A DNA stretch of 63,232 nucleotides, the filler included, from Pirum gemmata (taxonomy: Eukaryota), in NCBI GenBank assembly GCA_002812295.1. It is 19 parts of 19 records of this genome, joined end to end, with 100 filler letters (N's around TTAATTAATTAA, not from the genome) between each part and the next. Parts side by side here need not be neighbours in the genome. Positions count along the whole stretch, not along the records: positions 57,445 to 60,303 come from PDIN01004380.1; positions 60,404 to 63,232 come from PDIN01004381.1; 17 more parts are not named here. One strand, 5' to 3'. Shown here piece after piece: positions 59,109 to 63,232 of this stretch (its first letter is position 1; each line of letters starts with the position of its first letter). Both the position numbers and the translations under genes were made by a program. The notes beneath the pieces are model-generated. The model worked only from the letters and a program-made list of their open reading frames with translations. It was not told the DNA's origin and searched no databases.

Positions 59109-59247
59109 GCTAGTAGCTTAGCTTGACCAGCCCATTGACCTAGCTAGATGCCTACGAATCTACGATAGCTAGCTAGGCTATCGTACACTACTGATTCATT
59201 CATACCATCATGTTCATTACCAATTTACCATGGGACCTTCATGTCCA

Positions 59248-59420
59248 TATCGTTTCCTCTCAATCTTTAATTTGGCATTGTTTAAGTGTACAATTGAACT
59301 TGTTTATAAAATACAACATTAAATATATAATACCAAATTAATTAAAACATGTCTGATAATAATAATTTGGTATGTTTATTTCAGTTTTTGAACTGGACAA
59401 CACTATTGAAAAACCATATA
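59248..59420 (-). mobile_element. MITE family A copy
   Basis: Reverse complement of the A consensus. Confidence 0.78.
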
Positions 59421-59904
59421 GACTATGATAGTTTAGACTTGACCTAGCTAGACTGAGACTTAGTTAGACCCAGCAGACTTTTTAAAATTAAATACACTAG
59501 TAGTATAGGAAAGCATGAGAATAGTCAGTGAGAAATTGAAAATAGTGTAGTTCTCATGGAAAAACACGATAGACTATCAACTATGATAGAAGAGTCTATC
59601 ATAGTAGAGTCTATTATCATAATATAATATGATATAATAATATTATGATATCATATAATAATATTATGAATCATAATAATTATGATATCACGATTATTAG
59701 CGTTTAACATTAGGGTAGCGTTTTTAGGGCATGCGAAGTTGCGAACTAGACTACCCCATCTAGCTTACTTCTCATGGTTTAATAGGGTAAGCAAATGCTT
59801 AGCATTAGGGTCATAAATATTATAGCCAACCAAATTAATGTTCAGAGTGACAAAATAAATGAAAAGCACAATAATATTATATACTACGATATATTATGAT
59901 AATA

Positions 59905-60265
59905 TATTATATACTATCATGATATATCATATGATAATAATCAATATAGAGTCTACAAAGACTCCTGGGGTAATTGCATTGCAATACTACTCTAGTCAGA
60001 TATATTATGATATATACCTACTATAGTGATATATATTATACTACCATGATATATCATATGATAATAATCAATATAGAGTCTACAAAGACTCCTTAAATTG
60101 CATTGCAATACTACTCTAGTCAGATATATTATGATATATACCTACTATGGTGATATATACTATCATGATATCAGATATAGCATAATATTATATGATATTA
60201 TTAATATTAATAATATATAGTCTACAAAGACTCCTGGGGTCTTTGGGATCGTTTGGATTGCAATA
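59905..60265. repeat. About 125-bp tandem repeat, 2.5-3 copies
   Basis: agtctacaaagactcct recurs near 59950, 60077 and 60219. Confidence 0.75.
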
Positions 60266-60485
60266 TATTATTATATATTAATAATATTATATAATTTATA
60301 TTANNNNNNNNNNNNNNNNNNNNNNNNNNNNNNNNNNNNNNNNNNNNTTAATTAATTAANNNNNNNNNNNNNNNNNNNNNNNNNNNNNNNNNNNNNNNNN
60401 NNNTAACAATAAAATAAAATAAAATAAAATAAAATAAAATAAAATAAAATAAAATAAAATAAAATGAAATGAAATAAAATAAATG

Positions 60486-60516
<31 letters not shown>

Positions 60517-61052
60517 GATAATAATAAGTAATACTAATAATAAACAATAATAATAAATGATTTATTATTTGTTGCTGTTGTAGTGGTGGTGGTGGTGGTG
60601 GTTATTTATTATTCATTATGTATGGTTGTGATGGTGGTTATTCATTATTCATTATGTATTGTTGTGATGGTACAATAGTTAAATTATCATTACTATTGTG
60701 ATATTGTCGTCGTTTTGAAATCACATGTATCAACATTTTGCCTTTTTTATTGTTTTCATTACCTAATATCAATTTTCAATTTTATTATATATATTATTTT
60801 CATTTACTAAAGATCGATTTATATTTTTATATATATTATATAATATGGGGGAGGGGGAACACTTTTTGGATGATGTGACGGGGTATTGATGTTAGTTATG
60901 AACACTCCTTTAAAGTTAGGAGGAGAATGGAAGTTTGAACAATGAAAAATTATATAATTACCTATTATTTATTATAAACGCGTAATTATTGCATTACCAT
61001 CCTAAATTGTATCACTTCTATTATTCTAACCTTTAATCTAAAATACTGGTAG

Positions 61053-62161
61053 AAAATGGTAACTAAAAAGGATAGCGACCGAGAGTTGCAGGACAAAGCA
61101 GCCATCAAAGACAAAGCATTACAGGATGTAGTGACTGATATCAAAAGCATTGTTTCAGAAATTGAACTTACTTATCGCTTGAGATTAGAAAAAGATTCTT
61201 CTGATATTAGAAAAGAGGTAAAATTGTATTACGATTTTGTATTTTTTTCTTTTAATACATTTGTTATATTGTTATTATTTTACTATAATATAGTTATAGC
61301 TATATAGTACTATATTGTATTGTTATAGTTATATACTAATATGGATGTTTAGATTTCTAAATATGGTATAAAAAACCCAAATAGCATAAAGTTGGCATTT
61401 TAAAAATAATACAATGATAATATAGGATACGCACATATATTTATCTTTATCGTACATTTTTCAATTGTCTAATTTCCTTTTGTAATTAACATGTTATGTT
61501 TCGTTTTGTAATAATGCACCCATCCAATAATTATAAAAAATCGAAGATGAATCGACTTAATGGGAAAAAGAATTCAGTTTTTGGAAATTTCGCTTTAAAT
61601 CATTCCTCGGACATAACGGCTTTGAGGCGAGGTAAGTAGTAGTGTTAGGGTTTGAGTTAGGCTTAGGTTTAGGCTTAGGCGTAGGGTTTGAGTTCGTAAC
61701 CAAGAATTATTCAATTACAAATCAAATTAACTATAAATATATATATATATATATTGTCTTTAATTTTGTTTTATAGAAAGCTCTCTACTTTTCTTTATCA
61801 GTTTTTTTATTTACAGACATTTTATAATGATAATAAAAACACCCCTGCTGCACCCAAACATTTTTGTCTTTTTATGGTTTTAAAAATAATTCTTAAGTTT
61901 ACAAACATTTGTTCATAGCAGTAAAAATATCACCATGTATAACAAGTAAAGATTATGTAATTATTGTTATCAAATTATCTTTTTACATTAAACATTGTGG
62001 GTTTAATCCTAATTTCTTAACTCCTTCTCTTTATTATTCATACCGAAGTCGCTGGAGAGAATTTAGAAGCTATACATGGCCTCGGTGAAAAAGTCTCTAA
62101 GCTGAACAACTTATTTGAAGCTTTGGAACCGATTATCAGTGGTAGTGATACGAAAAAATAA
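61053..62161 (+). CDS. 3' exons (61053-61217, 61547-61631, 62049-62161) of an unknown coiled-coil protein
   Basis: Phase-compatible splicing (0, then 1). Heptad-like LQDVVTDIKSIVSEIELTYRLRLE. Ends LFEALEPIISGSDTKK*. Confidence 0.6.
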
Positions 62162-62517
62162 TTTTTGAAAAACAGCGAGGAATCCTCCTTGAGGGGGGGG
62201 GGGGGGGTGTATTCGAACTGTGTTTGTTTTTAGTTTCAGTTTTTCGTCGTGATAAGTTTGTTAATTAAAGAGTTGTAAAGTAAAGGCTATAAAAATAAAA
62301 GTTGACTTTTTAAAAAATAACATTTATTATTACCATTATTACTATTACTATCACTATTATTTATTATCATTATTATCATTATTATCAGCTTTATTAGCCT
62401 TATTATTATTAATTAAATCGTAGAGGAAGAAAACAAATCTATTGCCCCTCTGCCTTTTCAATTTCATTTAGAAATTAATACTTTTCTATGAAAAAACATG
62501 ATAAACAGTAACTACCA

Positions 62518-63156
62518 TTAAAATAAATTAAGATCTTTGTTCACATAATCATTTACATTTCCGCTTGTGGAAGTAGACATAAAGCCTCCATTTGGATTTT
62601 TCCCTTGGCCTTTGGTAGTCCACTCCTTTGTCTTTGAAACTGACCCATCTTCATGCACTACTTGATTTTCATTAACCTGTTTGTCACCTTCACCGTGCTT
62701 TTGCACTTTTTCCATCCATTCTTTTGTTCCAAAGTTTTCCAAGTCGGTATCCTTGAAAAACTCGCTAAAAAACGTATCTTTTTTATTGGATTTGTTTTTT
62801 AAATCATTTAATGTTTTTTGCACATCAAAATCCCCATCAGTAGTAACAGTCATAAAAGAATTGGTATCGGTACTAGTTTTAGTTTTAGTACCCTTTGCTC
62901 CTGCGATGGCTTCGTTTTTGGAGTTGATTTTCTCAGGAATACTAGTATACGTTTTTGTGATGATAGGACTTGGTTTATGGTTGATAGTATTAGCTTTAGC
63001 TTGGTTTGAGGAGACTGGAATGTAGCGTGTGGGCATATCCTTACAAATTGGAACTGGATTTTCTGGTGTAACTGGAGTACAAACAGACTTGGATAAAGCT
63101 GATCCTGTTAAGGAGCTAATTAAGAAAATGCTTTTAGTGATCAAATTTAACTGCAT
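62518..63156 (-). CDS. Small secreted protein of unknown function (212 aa)
   Basis: Intronless ORF with signal peptide MQLNLITKSIFLISSLTGSALS, two N-terminal Cys and a Thr/Lys-rich body. Confidence 0.75.
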   Translation of the reverse strand: MQLNLITKSIFLISSLTGSALSKSVCTPVTPENPVPICKDMPTRYIPVSSNQAKANTINHKPSPIITKTYTSIPEKINSKNEAIAGAKGTKTKTSTDTNSFMTVTTDGDFDVQKTLNDLKNKSNKKDTFFSEFFKDTDLENFGTKEWMEKVQKHGEGDKQVNENQVVHEDGSVSKTKEWTTKGQGKNPNGGFMSTSTSGNVNDYVNKDLNLF

Positions 63157-63232
63157 GACTGTTTTTGTTTGGTTTTGGTTTTGGTTTTTGGTTTTTGGTT
63201 TTTGGTTTTTTGGTTTTTTGGTTTTTTGGTTT

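Noticed and set aside
5527..60303. Similar-sized pieces of about 2.8 kb with telomeric repeats as gene-sized nanochromosomes
   Set aside because: Contig ends fall in assorted microsatellites and homopolymers and cut through genes. The one terminal TTAGGG array has the wrong polarity.

Overview
This is AT-rich eukaryotic genomic DNA with GT-AG spliceosomal introns, the standard genetic code and TTAGGG telomere-type repeats. It is not one locus. It is 19 short contigs or scaffolds (mostly about 2.8 kb) joined by 18 artificial N44-TTAATTAATTAA-N44 spacers, so adjacency across spacers means nothing. Genes supported by motif recognition: a secreted or GPI-type purple acid phosphatase; a Q/H-rich C2H2 zinc-finger protein absent from the ORF track; TIM44 exons 1-2; an attractin-like EGF+CUB first exon; a ZFAND2B/AIRAPL-like gene (AN1 finger, UIM, CaaX micro-exon); an Asn-rich DEP-domain protein; an intronless secreted VWA + 8 TSR protein; an LHFPL-type tetraspan; and several unknown membrane, secreted or coiled-coil proteins. 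The gene set looks holozoan, possibly a unicellular relative of animals (inference only). Non-coding DNA is dominated by at least five MITE-like families, several satellites, many interstitial and intronic TTAGGG arrays with decayed hexamer derivatives, dense CTAG/AGCT patches, and one 2.86-kb perfect palindrome that is probably an assembly artefact. The most interesting signals are: (i) an apparent mutational process inserting short TA/TAG-containing words; (ii) telomeric repeats inside introns with the G-strand on the sense strand, decaying in ordered hexamer series; (iii) two MITE families with different interiors but the same termini and motif spacing; (iv) the VWA-TSR protein and the phosphatase with conflicting topology signals. 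No CRISPR array, rRNA or tRNA was recognised.
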